Notes under the pieces: generated by a model
The model's database searches: none
Told to the model about the DNA's origin: nothing
What the model saw: the letters and a program-made list of their open reading frames with translations, nothing else
In this document: positions 62,677 through 64,000 of the stretch, one piece after another
Numbering within the stretch: the first letter of the stretch is position 1
Layout of the letters: every line of letters begins with the position of its first letter
Assembly (NCBI GenBank): GCA_965219085.1
Contig: OZ244720.1
Span: 2,272,001-2,336,000 of the forward strand
From: Dehalococcoidia bacterium
Lineage (GTDB): Bacteria; Chloroflexota; Dehalococcoidia; UBA2979
Direction of reading: 5' to 3'
Length of the DNA stretch: 64,000 nt
Program-made: the position numbers and the translations under genes

Positions 62677-64000
62677 TCACGCTCTGACGTACGCCGATCG
62701 GCGCGGCAGGTTCTCGGTGTGCGTGCACGGCGGATCCGAGGTGTACTCGGTGCACCCAAGGAACTGGCCGTAGCGCCCGTACCGCGTGACCAGCACGCCG
62801 ACGCCGCACGTCCGGCACACCGTCGGCGGGCGGGCGCACGAGGCGTTGGTGCACCTCGCGCGGCCGTCGGCGGGGATGGCGTAGCCGGCGTTGCAGTTGG
62901 CGCACCTCGGGGCGAGGTGCCTGCACATCGGGTGGTTCGAGCAGCGCAGGTTCCTGCCGCTCTGCGAGGCGACCAACTTGCCGCCGAGACACCGAGGGCA
63001 CTCGGGCGCGTCGTCTCCGGGGAGCTCGCCGAGCTGGCGCAGATCGGCGCCGTCGCGCCGTAGCTCGGTGACGAACGCCGACGGAAGCTGCGGGTCGGTG
63101 ACGAGGTAGGCGCCGCGCCGCGCGCGCGTCATCGCGACGTAGAACAGGCGGCGCTCCTCGGCGTGCGGGAACCCCGTCGCCGCGCCCGAGGGGAGCACGA
63201 GGTCCAGCAGCGGGTCGTCCTCGACCTGTGACGGGAAGCCGCGACGCTCGTTCTTGAGGTCGAGCACCACGGCGTAGTCGGCCTCGCGGCCCTTCGCGCG
63301 GTGCACGGTGCTGAACTCGACGCGGAGAGGCGCGACGCCCGCCGGGGGGCGCGCGCTGTTCCGGTAGCGGCCGAGGACGAGCACGGAGGGCGAGTCGTGG
63401 CGGTCGGCCGCGGCGCGCTCCTTGATGTCCTGCAGCGCGCGCCAGAGGCCGCGGCCGGGATCGCCGTCGGCGACGATGGTGACACCGTCGTCGCGGTTCT
63501 CGCGAGCCGACCGCAGCGGGCGCTGCGTCTGCGCGGGGTTGCGCTGCACGAAGGCCGTCGAGGGCCGGAGGATGCCGTCGGCGAAGCGGAAGGTCTGGCT
63601 GAGCGTGCGCTGCCGCACGTGGCCGAGGTAGTCGCCGCAGTTGCGCACCAGCCCCACGTCGCTCCCGGCGAAGCGGTAGATCGACTGCCAGTCGTCGCCG
63701 ACGAGGAAGTACGCGGTGTCCGGCCCCTTCAGCGCTTCGATCAGTCGCATCCGTCCCGCGGAGATGTCCTGGAACTCGTCGACGAGGATGTGGCGGTACG
63801 ACGCCCGCCACGCACCCTCGCGTATGAGCGCGGCGGCGCGGTTGATGAGGTCGTGGAAGTCGACCGCGTTCTCCTCGGCGAGCATCGCCTCGTAGCGCTC
63901 GCGCACCTGCTCGAAGACGGCGAGGAAGCTCTCGCTGCGCCGCCGGTCCGAGGAGGCGCGGGCGCGCTCGCGCAACTCGGCGGGCGAGGCGCCGCTGGTC
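62677..64000 (-). CDS. UvrD-like (helicase IV-type) DNA helicase with C-terminal Zn-finger repeats (5' truncated)
   Basis: ILVDEFQDIS, VGDDWQSIYRFAGS, STVHRAKGREAD, EERRLFYVAMTRA, several CxxC; frame open to the window edge. Confidence 0.9.
   Translation of the reverse strand, partial: TSGASPAELRERARASSDRRRSESFLAVFEQVRERYEAMLAEENAVDFHDLINRAAALIREGAWRASYRHILVDEFQDISAGRMRLIEALKGPDTAYFLVGDDWQSIYRFAGSDVGLVRNCGDYLGHVRQRTLSQTFRFADGILRPSTAFVQRNPAQTQRPLRSARENRDDGVTIVADGDPGRGLWRALQDIKERAAADRHDSPSVLVLGRYRNSARPPAGVAPLRVEFSTVHRAKGREADYAVVLDLKNERRGFPSQVEDDPLLDLVLPSGAATGFPHAEERRLFYVAMTRARRGAYLVTDPQLPSAFVTELRRDGADLRQLGELPGDDAPECPRCLGGKLVASQSGRNLRCSNHPMCRHLAPRCANCNAGYAIPADGRARCTNASCARPPTVCRTCGVGVLVTRYGRYGQFLGCTEYTSDPPCTHTENLPRRSAYVRA

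Overview
High-GC bacterial chromosome segment (roughly 70% GC by eye). The gene content suggests Chloroflexota/Dehalococcoidia-like, which is inference only. The housekeeping backbone is ruvB, fabF, gltB, metE, nrdJ, pepP, nhaA, msrB, rnd, rimM-khpA-rpsP, ffh and gap. It is interspersed with small accessory islets: toxin-antitoxin modules (many with decayed toxins), a fused restriction-modification gene, an AbiJ-like gene and an IS256-family element. Main signals: (1) At four unrelated genes (pepP, metE, gap, a UvrD-like helicase), a 40-60 bp copy of the gene's own 3' coding end reappears downstream and brackets integrase-free cargo; in three cases the divergence is mostly synonymous. (2) One such cargo carries a tRNA with a Ser (UGA) anticodon on a class I, Thr/Phe-like body lacking the long variable arm. 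(3) Two tandem lipoprotein thioredoxins are split in the ORF track but read through an in-frame TGA as W-U-x-x-C selenoproteins with covarying SECIS-like hairpins. (4) A 27-bp palindromic repeat is inserted in frame in nrdJ and gltB. (5) There is a probable 6S-like RNA, and a host-like phage-tail module at the left edge.
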